Part shown: positions 17,724 through 26,177 of the stretch, piece by piece
Layout: every line of letters begins with the position of its first letter
How positions within the stretch are numbered: the first letter of the stretch is position 1
From: Candidatus Ornithospirochaeta sp.
GTDB lineage: Bacteria; Spirochaetota; Spirochaetia; Sphaerochaetales; Sphaerochaetaceae
Direction of reading: 5' to 3'
Assembly (NCBI GenBank): GCA_045606405.1
Contig: JAZURW010000126.1
Coordinates: 1-50,373 of the forward strand
Length of the DNA stretch: 50,373 nt
The notes under the pieces: model-generated
Databases searched by the model: none
The model's input: only the letters and a program-made list of their open reading frames with translations
What the model was told of the DNA's origin: nothing
Position numbers and translations under genes: made by a program

Positions 17724-17984
17724 TTAAGCGAGCTTATTGAAAGCGTGGGCAATTCTGCTCTTTTTTCTATCTGCAGTGTTTCTGTGGATGATGCCCTTGC
17801 CTGCTGCTGCATCAAGAAGCTTGTTGCTCTCTGCAAGTGCTACTGCGGCTGCTTCCTTATCTCCCTTAGCAACTGCTGCCTCAAACTTCTTGATAGCAGT
17901 TCTCATTGTGCTCTTTGCTGCACGATTGCGGAGACGGCGTGCTGCTTCCTGGCGTTCTCTCTTTTCTGCGGACTTGTTAGCCAT
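17724..17984 (-). CDS. rpsT: 30S ribosomal protein S20
   Basis: MANKSAEKRERQEAARRLRNRAAKSTMRTAIKK. GGAGG RBS. Confidence 0.95.
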   Translation of the reverse strand: MANKSAEKRERQEAARRLRNRAAKSTMRTAIKKFEAAVAKGDKEAAAVALAESNKLLDAAAGKGIIHRNTADRKKSRIAHAFNKLA

Positions 17985-18112
17985 ATATTTCCTCCAAAGG
18001 TTGACTTAATATTTATTGCTGCACTGAAAAGGCAGTGCGATTATTGACGTTATCATAAAGAATAATTTCGGTCAATACAAAGTTTTATCAATTTAAGCAA
18101 ATACAAAAAAGA

Positions 18113-19135
18113 CTAGCTTGAAAAGATATCATCCTGGAATTCCTGGCTCACTTCCCAGTATCCAGTTTCACCGTTGAATGACACCTCCTCAAAAGGAACG
18201 AAGATTGTCCTTCCTTCTGAAGCCTGGCAAAGGAGCTTCCTTGAAAGGATATTCACCTCTACAACACGCCATAGCTCATGCTCTATCTTGAGTCTGGTTC
18301 CTTCTGGAGGACAGCCTGCCTTCTCCTCCATGTAGTAGTCATATTCATAGGCAAGACAACAAAGAAGCCTGCCACATGGCCCTGATATCTTGACTGAGTT
18401 AAGCGAAAGGTTCTGCTCCTTGGCCATCTTGATCGTAACAGGTTCCATCTCCCTTGAGATTAAGTGGCAGCAATAGTCCCTTCCGCAAACCGATAGTCCT
18501 CCGATGAGCCTTGACTCATCGCGCACTCCAATCTGCCTAAGCTCTATCCTCATCCTGAATACAGACACAAGATCCTTTACCAGATCCCTGAAGTCAACAC
18601 GCTCTTCGGCAGTGAAGAAGAAGATCACCTTCGGCTCTCCCAATAGGAAATGCGTTGTGACAAGCTTCATCTTGAGATTATGCTTCTGTATTTTCTCCCT
18701 GCAAACTAGAAGGGCATCCTCCTCCTTGCTGCAATTCTCCGCATATCGCGCCATCTCAGAGGGCGTTGCCAGATGATCTATCCAGGAGACATCCCCTGAG
18801 ACCTCAATTTTCTGTGGCTCCTTTGTCATTTGGCAGCCGAAGCAGGAGTTGCATTGATGCTCGTTGTCATCATGGCAGGCCGCATCGTCTTCCTCTCCAA
18901 ACCTCAGACAGGCTCCTCTGACATCAGGACATCCAGGCTCGTAGCTTGAGCCAGGCACAGGCGCAGAGCCTACAACAATGCCAAGGTCCAAGCCAAACTT
19001 AGTATCATACATGACAGGAGTGCCTGCATAAAGCACGCTATCCCAAGCACATAGGCACATATCGTTGTATGAGGGGTTCTTAATCACATATACATATGCG
19101 GAATTATCATCCGTATCTATCATCTTCTTTGCCAT
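18113..19135 (-). CDS. PSP1-domain protein (RicT/YaaT-like) with a Cys-rich insertion
   Basis: VIFFFTAEERVDFRDLVKDLVSVFRMRIELRQIGVRDESR..CGR..CC...IKMAKEQNLSLN..KISG.CGRLLCCL matches the PSP1 core. Confidence 0.85.
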   Translation of the reverse strand: MAKKMIDTDDNSAYVYVIKNPSYNDMCLCAWDSVLYAGTPVMYDTKFGLDLGIVVGSAPVPGSSYEPGCPDVRGACLRFGEEDDAACHDDNEHQCNSCFGCQMTKEPQKIEVSGDVSWIDHLATPSEMARYAENCSKEEDALLVCREKIQKHNLKMKLVTTHFLLGEPKVIFFFTAEERVDFRDLVKDLVSVFRMRIELRQIGVRDESRLIGGLSVCGRDYCCHLISREMEPVTIKMAKEQNLSLNSVKISGPCGRLLCCLAYEYDYYMEEKAGCPPEGTRLKIEHELWRVVEVNILSRKLLCQASEGRTIFVPFEEVSFNGETGYWEVSQEFQDDIFSS

Positions 19136-19157
19136 TACGAAAATGCTAACAATACAA

Positions 19158-19185
19158 TTGACTTTTTACAAGTGAGAGCTAAGAT
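19158..19185 (+). promoter_or_regulatory. Candidate sigma70-type promoter for dus-purD
   Basis: TTGACT (19158-19163), 16-nt spacer, TAAGAT (19180-19185). It lies 38 nt upstream of the dus ATG. Confidence 0.3.
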
Positions 19186-19223
19186 GATTCACCCAATTCG
19201 CTTACTCTGATATCCTAAGACCT

Positions 19224-20168
19224 ATGATAGAAGACAAGCTTATCCTGGCCCCCTTGGCAGGATACACAGACAAGGCATTCAGGCAGATATGCGCATCCTT
19301 TGGCGCAGAGATCACAGTCACAGAGATGGTCAGTGCCGAGGGGCTGAGCAGAGACAGCGTGAAGACAGAGGAGCTTCTAGAGAGATATGAAGGTGAGGAT
19401 CGCCTCATCGTGCAGCTATTCGCGCCTGATGCAGACCCTATCAGAAGATGCATACCCAATCTCATGAAATACAATCCAACCCAGGTGGATATCAACTGTG
19501 GATGTCCTGTGCCAAAGGTTGTGAAGACAGGTGCAGGCTCCGCGCTGATGCAGGAGCCAAGAAGGATAAAGGAGATCTGCCGCGTCATCAAGAGTGAGAC
19601 TTCGCTTCCTCTTTCTGTGAAATTCAGACTTGGCTGGGACAATAGCTCAATCAATTACCTGGAGTTCGCGGATATGGCCGCAGAGGGAGGCGCTGATGCC
19701 CTCACTCTTCACGCGAGAACGAGAGCGCAAGGCTACTCAGGCTTTGCAGACAGAGAGGCCTTCAAGACTCTCTCAGAGCACATGAGAGGAAGCGGGATAA
19801 AAGTCTATGGCTCTGGCGATGTATTCTCCGCAGAGGATGCTATAGCGCTGCTGGATGGATGCGGCCTAGATGGGGTCATGTTCGCAAGAGGCGCCATCGG
19901 AAACCCATTCATATTCAGAGAGACAATAAGCCTCATCAATACCGGCGCATATGAAAAGCCTACCAGGAAAGAGATTTTATCAACTGCCATCAAGCACTTG
20001 GATCTCATGATCCATTACTACGGGGAGGCTGTTGCAGGAAGAGAGATGCGCAAGCATCTGATGGCATATCTTAAAGGCATGAGCGGAGCTAAGGAAACAA
20101 AGAGCATGATCACTTCAGCCCTCACAAGACAAGACTACATCAGGGCTCTGGAACCTCTCCTTGAATAG
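19224..20168 (+). CDS. dus: tRNA-dihydrouridine synthase
   Basis: LAPLAGYTDKAFRQIC..., DINCGCPVPKVVKTGAGSALM, FARGAIGNPFIF. Confidence 0.9.
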   Translation: MIEDKLILAPLAGYTDKAFRQICASFGAEITVTEMVSAEGLSRDSVKTEELLERYEGEDRLIVQLFAPDADPIRRCIPNLMKYNPTQVDINCGCPVPKVVKTGAGSALMQEPRRIKEICRVIKSETSLPLSVKFRLGWDNSSINYLEFADMAAEGGADALTLHARTRAQGYSGFADREAFKTLSEHMRGSGIKVYGSGDVFSAEDAIALLDGCGLDGVMFARGAIGNPFIFRETISLINTGAYEKPTRKEILSTAIKHLDLMIHYYGEAVAGREMRKHLMAYLKGMSGAKETKSMITSALTRQDYIRALEPLLE

Positions 20169-20235
20169 AATCTTTATATTTTTTCTTGAACTCTAAAAAC
20201 GCGTGAGTTAGCATTTTTATTGATAGGAGGCGTAT

Positions 20236-21528
20236 ATGCGCGTTTTAGTACTTGGTTCGGGTGCGAAAGACCATGCCATCGCATGGTGGTTCAGCAAATC
20301 TAGCTATATCTCAGCTCTCTTTGTTGCTCCTGGGAACATAAGCACTCAAGACTTTGCGAAAAACCTTCCTGATGTGAATCCAGCTAATCCTCATGCTGTC
20401 TACTCAGCATGCATTGAGAATGCGATAGATTTCGTATTCATTGGCACAGAGGCCCCTCTCTTCACTGGCGTTGTGGAATACATAAGCAGCAAAGGCATCA
20501 CCGTATTCGGCGCCCCATCAAAGTCCATAAAGCTTGAAGGAGACAGAGCCTTCTCGCGGTCCTTCACGCAAAGGCACAACATACCAGTGCCCAAGAACTC
20601 CCTGTTTGTCGATATCCAAGGACTTGAGAAGTACCTGAATGAGCACGAGGGAGAGCAATTCATAATCAAATCCAACTCCGTTGCACCTTCTAGGGTCATG
20701 CTGAACTCTGCAGATACAAAAGCTCTCCTTGACTATGCCAAGCTGCTTTTCACAAAAGGGCCTGTGCTTCTTGAGGAATGCGTGCATGGCATCCCTGCCA
20801 CCTGCACCCTCCTTGTCGACAATCACGGCTATCTAATGCTCCCAATCACAAGTGATTACACAAGCGTGTCAAAGACAAACACGACACCAACAGGAGGAAT
20901 GGGGGCAATATGCCCAGTGCCTCTAGTTGATGAGGTGAAGGAGAAGATAATCGCGAAGATAGTCGAGCCTACTTTGTATGGAATGAAGGTGGAACAGCTT
21001 GCTTACAAGGGCGTTCTCACGCTCTCTCTCATCTTGAAAGATGGAGTTGAGCCTGTATTGGTTGATTATCACATCCGATTCAATGATCCTGCAACGCAAG
21101 CGATGGTGCCAATAATAAAGACAGATATCATAGAGATCCTCAATGCGATGACTAGAAACGAAGTTAGCTCAATCAAGCTTGAGATGAGCGATGATTGCAC
21201 TGTCGCAGTCGTTCTTGCCTCACCAGGCTATCCTCTTAAGCCAATAATGGATATAAAGATCGAGGGCATCTCAAACACCTTTTTGATGAATCTTGAGGAT
21301 AAGCCATTCGTATTCTGCGGTGCGATAGATTTGAACAAGGATGGCATCCCAGTCACGACAGGAGGAAGAAACCTGACCATCGTGGGTGTTGGAAAGAACA
21401 TTGAGGAGGCAAATAAAAAAGCGTATACCCTTATTCAGAATAAACGCTTTGTTGATCTCTGGTATAGAGAGGATATCGGGAACAGCTTCTTCAAGAACTC
21501 CTCGAATATCAAGGATGGCATCTTCTGA
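20236..21528 (+). CDS. purD: Phosphoribosylamine-glycine ligase
   Basis: MRVLVLGSGAKDHAIAW, a GTEAPL-like motif, an ATP-grasp middle region, and GGRNLTIVG near the C-terminus. AGGAGG RBS. Confidence 0.93.
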   Translation: MRVLVLGSGAKDHAIAWWFSKSSYISALFVAPGNISTQDFAKNLPDVNPANPHAVYSACIENAIDFVFIGTEAPLFTGVVEYISSKGITVFGAPSKSIKLEGDRAFSRSFTQRHNIPVPKNSLFVDIQGLEKYLNEHEGEQFIIKSNSVAPSRVMLNSADTKALLDYAKLLFTKGPVLLEECVHGIPATCTLLVDNHGYLMLPITSDYTSVSKTNTTPTGGMGAICPVPLVDEVKEKIIAKIVEPTLYGMKVEQLAYKGVLTLSLILKDGVEPVLVDYHIRFNDPATQAMVPIIKTDIIEILNAMTRNEVSSIKLEMSDDCTVAVVLASPGYPLKPIMDIKIEGISNTFLMNLEDKPFVFCGAIDLNKDGIPVTTGGRNLTIVGVGKNIEEANKKAYTLIQNKRFVDLWYREDIGNSFFKNSSNIKDGIF

Positions 21529-22255
21529 ACTCATAAAGAAGGATTCCTGTGGCTACAGAGACATTGAGGCTATCGATGTGGCCACGCATTGGGATTGATA
21601 CAATGTAATCACAATTCCTCCTTACGAGATTTGATATCCCATCACCCTCTGAGCCCATGACAATCGCTGTTCTTCCAGAGAACTTCTCATTGTATGAATC
21701 GGTGCCAGCCATATCTGCTCCATAGATCCAGAAGCCATTCGCCTTCAATATCTCAATCTCACGATTCAAGTTTGTGACCACGGACACTGGAACATACTGA
21801 GCAGCTCCGGAGGATACCTTGACAACCGTCTCATTGGCTTGAACGCTTCTTCTCTCAGGAATCATCACAAGATCGACCCCAAACTGGTCAGCGCTTCTCA
21901 AGATAGCGCCAAGATTGTGAGGATCGGTGATCCTATCTAGAATCAGGACAAGAGCATCCTGATTTTCCTCAAGACTGCCACAGAACTGCTCCACTGTTAT
22001 CTCCTGAAGCCTTGATGCACCCTTTCTTGCCCCGCCTAGCTCCAATAAGGCACCTCTGAGGTCAACACCTGGGAGCATTCTCTCAAGTTCCTGCTTAGCA
22101 AGCTTCTTCACAGCAACCTTGCCTGTATTTCTTGCTTCAAGCTCAAGGCGATTGATCCTATCTCCACCATTTCGAACAAGATAGAGCGTTGATCCCATTC
22201 CAGCCTTCTTGAGGCCCTCCTCTATTGCATGATAACCGTAGATTTTCTCTCCCAT
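21509..22255 (-). CDS. rlmB: TrmH/SpoU-family 23S rRNA 2'-O-methyltransferase (RlmB-like)
   Basis: IYGYHAIEEGL (substrate-binding N-domain), LDRITDPHNLGAILRSA, and VMGSEGDGIS...SLNVSVA. I moved the start from the GTG at 22267 to the ATG at 22255, which has GAGGA 5 nt upstream. Confidence 0.85.
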   Translation of the reverse strand: MGEKIYGYHAIEEGLKKAGMGSTLYLVRNGGDRINRLELEARNTGKVAVKKLAKQELERMLPGVDLRGALLELGGARKGASRLQEITVEQFCGSLEENQDALVLILDRITDPHNLGAILRSADQFGVDLVMIPERRSVQANETVVKVSSGAAQYVPVSVVTNLNREIEILKANGFWIYGADMAGTDSYNEKFSGRTAIVMGSEGDGISNLVRRNCDYIVSIPMRGHIDSLNVSVATGILLYEFRRCHP

Positions 22256-22269
22256 ATATGTCCTCACTC

Positions 22270-22291
22270 AAAAACTCCCGCCTGAGCGGGA
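22270..22291 (-). terminator. Intrinsic terminator/attenuator after dnaJ
   Basis: On the minus strand: TCCCGC-TCAG-GCGGGA followed by GTTTTTG. It lies immediately before the rlmB RBS. Confidence 0.55.
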
Positions 22292-22335
22292 ATCTCAAAT
22301 ACAATAAAGATTAATCTTGCTTTAGGTCAAGATTG

Positions 22336-23448
22336 TCAGTCGAACTTGACTGGATTTGGCTTTGCTGTTGGCTTCATCGCGTCATGAAGCTCCTGCATCA
22401 GCCTCTTCTCCTTGAAAGAGAGGTGCTTTGGAGTTTCAACGATGATCCTAAGATACATATCACCTCTGTCTGTTCCCCTGAACACAGGAACACCCTTGCC
22501 CTTAAGCCTGAGCATCTTGCCATTCTGGGTGCCGGAAGGAATATCCACAACGACATCTGTTCCATCGATTGTAGGAACCTGTATGGAGGTGCCTAATGAA
22601 GCCTGAGTGAAGCTTATAGGAATCTGCAAATACACATCCTCTCCATCTCTTACGAAGTACTTATCGGGACGCACGTTGATATAAAGGATCAAATCGCCCT
22701 CTGGGCCACCATTATCCCCTGCGTCGCCCTTTCCTCTAAGAGTGAGCCTTGTTCCATTATCAGAGCCTGGAGGTATAGTCACCACTAGCTTCTCCTGCTT
22801 CCTGACCTTTCCCGTTCCATGACACTCAGGACAAGGATTCTCTACAATGGAGCCCTTGCCTTGACAGGTCCTGCAGGTTGTCGCCATCTGAAAGAAGCCG
22901 CTTCCGGAGATCACTTGCCCGCTGCCATTGCAGGTTGGACAGGTCTTCCTACCTGTGCCTCCTGTTCCGTTGCACTTAGGATCCCTTGCCTCTCGAGTGA
23001 AGGAAATCTCCTTCTTCGTGCCAAAGACAGCCTCAGTGAAATCAATTGTAATGTCATAACGCAATGACTGCCCCTGCTGAGCCTGGCCTGCTGATCTTGA
23101 TCTTCTACCACCACCCATTCCGAAGAATGATCCAAAGATGTCCTCAAATCCACCGCCACCGAAGATATCTGAGAAGTCCCTGTAGACATTCTGGTAGCCT
23201 CCAGCAGCGCCTCCTGCGAAGCCATCAACACCTGCAAAGCCATATTGGTCATATGCGCTTCTCTTCTTATCATCGGAGAGAACCTCATATGCCTCACTAG
23301 CCTCCTTGAACCTCTCTTCCGCTTCCTTGTCATTTGGATGAGTGTCAGGATGGTTAGCCATGGCCACCTTTCTATAAGCCTTCTTGATCTCCTCAGGTGT
23401 AGCGCCTTTAGCAAGACCAAGCACTTCATAATAATCGCGTTTTGCCAT
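22336..23448 (-). CDS. dnaJ: Chaperone DnaJ
   Basis: J-domain KRDYYEVLG...HPD, a G/F-rich region, and four CxxCxGxG Zn-finger repeats. Confidence 0.97.
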   Translation of the reverse strand: MAKRDYYEVLGLAKGATPEEIKKAYRKVAMANHPDTHPNDKEAEERFKEASEAYEVLSDDKKRSAYDQYGFAGVDGFAGGAAGGYQNVYRDFSDIFGGGGFEDIFGSFFGMGGGRRSRSAGQAQQGQSLRYDITIDFTEAVFGTKKEISFTREARDPKCNGTGGTGRKTCPTCNGSGQVISGSGFFQMATTCRTCQGKGSIVENPCPECHGTGKVRKQEKLVVTIPPGSDNGTRLTLRGKGDAGDNGGPEGDLILYINVRPDKYFVRDGEDVYLQIPISFTQASLGTSIQVPTIDGTDVVVDIPSGTQNGKMLRLKGKGVPVFRGTDRGDMYLRIIVETPKHLSFKEKRLMQELHDAMKPTAKPNPVKFD

Positions 23449-23469
23449 TTTTCTCCCCTAACAGAAGAA

Positions 23470-23491
23470 AGCAGCATGGTCCCATGCTGCT
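23470..23491 (-). other. Stem-loop in the dnaK-dnaJ spacer
   Basis: AGCAGCATGG / CCATGCTGCT inverted repeat, followed on the minus strand by TTCTTCTGTT. This could be an intra-operon attenuator or an mRNA-stabilising hairpin. Confidence 0.4.
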
Positions 23492-23510
23492 CTCATAGCC
23501 GCTGAAAAGC

Positions 23511-25430
23511 TTATTTCACTTCTTCAAAATCGGCATCTACTGTGCCATCATCCTTCTTTGCGGAACCGGCATTTGGATCAGCGCTTGGCTCTCCTGTTGC
23601 ATTCTGCTGCTGTGCGTTCTGCTGTGCAGCTTCATAAACCTTCTGTCCAAGCTCCATTGAATCCTGCTGGAGCTTCTCAGTCTTGCTCTTGAGCTCCTCA
23701 GCTGTCGCAGATGGTGAGCTTAGAGCATTCTTGAGATCCTGAAGCGATGCTTCGATCTTAGCCTTCTCTGAAGCAGATACCTTATCGCCATAATCCTTCA
23801 AAGCCTTCTCTGTTGCGTAAACAACTGATTCAGCGTTGTTCTTTGCCTCGATAGTCTCTCTAGCCTTCTTGTCCTCTGCAGCATGAGCCTCTGCATCCTT
23901 GACCATCTTATCGATTTCCGCATCTGAAAGACCTGAGGATGACTCAATTCTGATCTTCTGCTCCTTGCCTGTGCCAAGATCCTTAGCAGATACATGCACG
24001 ATGCCGTTAGCATCGATATCGAATGTGACTTCGATCTGAGGCACTCCACGTGGAGCTGGTGCGATGCCCTCGAGGTTGAAGTTGCCAAGAGTCCTATTCT
24101 GGGAAGCAAGCTCTCTCTCGCCCTGAAGAACATGGATGGATACTGCTGTCTGTCCATCTGAGGCTGTTGAGAAGATCTGGCTCTTTCTTGTAGGGATTGT
24201 TGTGTTTCTCTCAATAAGCTTTGTTGAAACACCGCCAAGTGTCTCGATTCCGAGAGAAAGTGGTGTTACATCAAGAAGGAGAACATCCTTTACATCGCCC
24301 CTGAGGATACCACCCTGGATAGATGCGCCAACTGCTACTACCTCATCTGGGTTAACACCCTTGTGAGGCTCCTTTCCGAAGAGCTTCTTAACCATATCCT
24401 GAACCATTGGGATTCTTGTTGAGCCACCAACGAGGATGACCTCATCAATGTCGCTAGCTGAAAGGCCTGCGTCTCTCAATGCATTAAGACATGGAACCTT
24501 TGTCTTCTCTACAAGAGGCTCGATCATCTGCTCGAATTTTGCTCTTGAAAGCTCTCTCTGGAGGTGCTTAGGGCCTGTTGCATCTGCTGTGATGAATGGA
24601 AGATTGATCATTGTTGAGGTTGAGGAAGAGAGAGTGATCTTTGCCTGCTCTGCAGCCTCCTTGAGTCTCTGCAATGCCATCTTATCTGAAGAGAGGTCGA
24701 TTCCATATTCCTTCTTGAAATCAGCAATAAGCCAATCGATGATGACCTGGTCAACATTATCGCCACCAAGATGAGTATCACCATTTGTTGACTTTACCTC
24801 GAATACGCCATCACCAAGCTCCAGGATAGAGATATCGAAAGTACCGCCGCCGAAGTCATATACAGCGATCTTCTCTTCCTTTGAGCTGTCCTTGCCAAAG
24901 CCATATGCGAGAGCTGCTGCAGTTGGCTCGTTTACGATTCTCTTAACCTCAAGGCCTGCGATCTTTCCAGCATCCTTTGTTGCCTGGCGCTGTGCGTCAT
25001 TGAAATATGCAGGAACTGTGATAACAGCTTCTGTGATTGTCTCACCAAGGAAATCCTCTGCTGTCTTCTTCATCTTCTGAAGAACGATTGCTGAGATCTC
25101 CTGAGGTGAATATAGCTTGCCACTGATATCGATTCTAATCTCATCATTTGGACCTGCAACTACCTTATAAGGAACCATCTTGATCTCTTCAGCAACCTCA
25201 TGGAACTTTCTTCCCATGAATCTCTTGATTGAATAGATTGTGTTGACTGGATTTGTAACCATCTGGTTCTTTGCAGGCTTGCCAACAAGACGCTCATCAC
25301 CCTTGAAAGCCACAACAGAAGGAGTTGTTCTATCGCCTTCGCTGTTTGTGATGACAACTGGCTCATTACCATCCATAACCGCTACGCAGCTATTTGTTGT
25401 TCCAAGGTCAATACCAATAATCTTTCCCAT
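23511..25430 (-). CDS. dnaK: Chaperone DnaK (Hsp70)
   Basis: [21 protein letters not shown] and [12 protein letters not shown] chose the start at the ATG at 25430 (GGAG 9 nt upstream) rather than the upstream ATG at 25445. Confidence 0.97.
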   Translation of the reverse strand: MGKIIGIDLGTTNSCVAVMDGNEPVVITNSEGDRTTPSVVAFKGDERLVGKPAKNQMVTNPVNTIYSIKRFMGRKFHEVAEEIKMVPYKVVAGPNDEIRIDISGKLYSPQEISAIVLQKMKKTAEDFLGETITEAVITVPAYFNDAQRQATKDAGKIAGLEVKRIVNEPTAAALAYGFGKDSSKEEKIAVYDFGGGTFDISILELGDGVFEVKSTNGDTHLGGDNVDQVIIDWLIADFKKEYGIDLSSDKMALQRLKEAAEQAKITLSSSTSTMINLPFITADATGPKHLQRELSRAKFEQMIEPLVEKTKVPCLNALRDAGLSASDIDEVILVGGSTRIPMVQDMVKKLFGKEPHKGVNPDEVVAVGASIQGGILRGDVKDVLLLDVTPLSLGIETLGGVSTKLIERNTTIPTRKSQIFSTASDGQTAVSIHVLQGERELASQNRTLGNFNLEGIAPAPRGVPQIEVTFDIDANGIVHVSAKDLGTGKEQKIRIESSSGLSDAEIDKMVKDAEAHAAEDKKARETIEAKNNAESVVYATEKALKDYGDKVSASEKAKIEASLQDLKNALSSPSATAEELKSKTEKLQQDSMELGQKVYEAAQQNAQQQNATGEPSADPNAGSAKKDDGTVDADFEEVK

Positions 25431-25496
25431 TTTATTTATCTCCATTAATAATCTTTTTCTGAGTCTTACAAAAAATAATGATTTGTAGCTTTATCG

Positions 25497-26102
25497 TCAA
25501 TTGCTTTTAGGCTTTCCAACGAGGACTTTCGCAGTTCTAAGGACCTTGCCATTCAGCTTCCAACCCTTGACGAACTCCTGGACGACCTTCTCTCTATCCA
25601 GGCTCTCATCCTCGACAACAGAATAAGCCTCCATCTCATTTGGGTCGAAATCCTTATCCTTTGTCTCGATGCTCTCTAGTCCCCATCTCTCCTTAAGCAC
25701 GGAAAGCAGCTGGTCCTGAACCATGACAACACCAGTTCTCATGGATTCAAAATCCTTGGACACATCGGATGCCTCAATAGCTCTTGAGAAGTTATCAATA
25801 GGCGTGAGCAAATCATTGATAAGCTGCTCATTAGCATACTTGACTGCATTCTCCTTGTCGAGTCTTAAGCGTCTTTTATAGTTCTCTGTATCCGCAGCTC
25901 GTCTAAGCTCATCCTCTTTCATCTTCTCAATGATGCCTTCAAGCTCAGCGACCTTGTCAGCAAGAACCGCAACATCATCTTTTGCTTCCGCTTCTCCTGC
26001 CTCCGCCTCTTCAGGAATCTCTTTTTTGAGAACTTCCTCTGAATCCGCCATCTCATTCCTTCCTTTGTTTTTCTTTATATTGTTCTTTTCTTTCTTCATC
26101 AT
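25497..26102 (-). CDS. grpE: Nucleotide exchange factor GrpE
   Basis: RRAADTENYKRR...ANEQLINDLLPIDNF...VQEFVKGWKLNGKVLRTAKV. The ORF-track start is a TTG; the ATG at 26102 has GGTGGA upstream. Confidence 0.9.
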   Translation of the reverse strand: MMKKEKNNIKKNKGRNEMADSEEVLKKEIPEEAEAGEAEAKDDVAVLADKVAELEGIIEKMKEDELRRAADTENYKRRLRLDKENAVKYANEQLINDLLTPIDNFSRAIEASDVSKDFESMRTGVVMVQDQLLSVLKERWGLESIETKDKDFDPNEMEAYSVVEDESLDREKVVQEFVKGWKLNGKVLRTAKVLVGKPKSN

Positions 26103-26177
26103 TTCCACCCGGCTTTGGAAGCCCAAGGAAAAAGATAATCACATTGCCGAAAAACGGCAAGGTCATCATCGACAATA

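Noticed and set aside
18024-18045. GCACTG/CAGTGC hairpin between the PSP1 gene and rpsT, considered as a possible terminator
   Set aside because: The stem is only 6 bp and there is no U-tract on either strand. It is too weak to call.
19202-19654. 150-aa minus-strand ORF
   Set aside because: It is antisense to the dus gene and has no motifs or RBS.
22911-23477. 188-aa ORF on the same strand as dnaJ but in another frame, plus the similar 146-aa ORF in dnaK (23798-24238)
   Set aside because: They are alternative frames of highly conserved chaperone genes. The Arg/Ser-rich translation is typical of off-frame reads.
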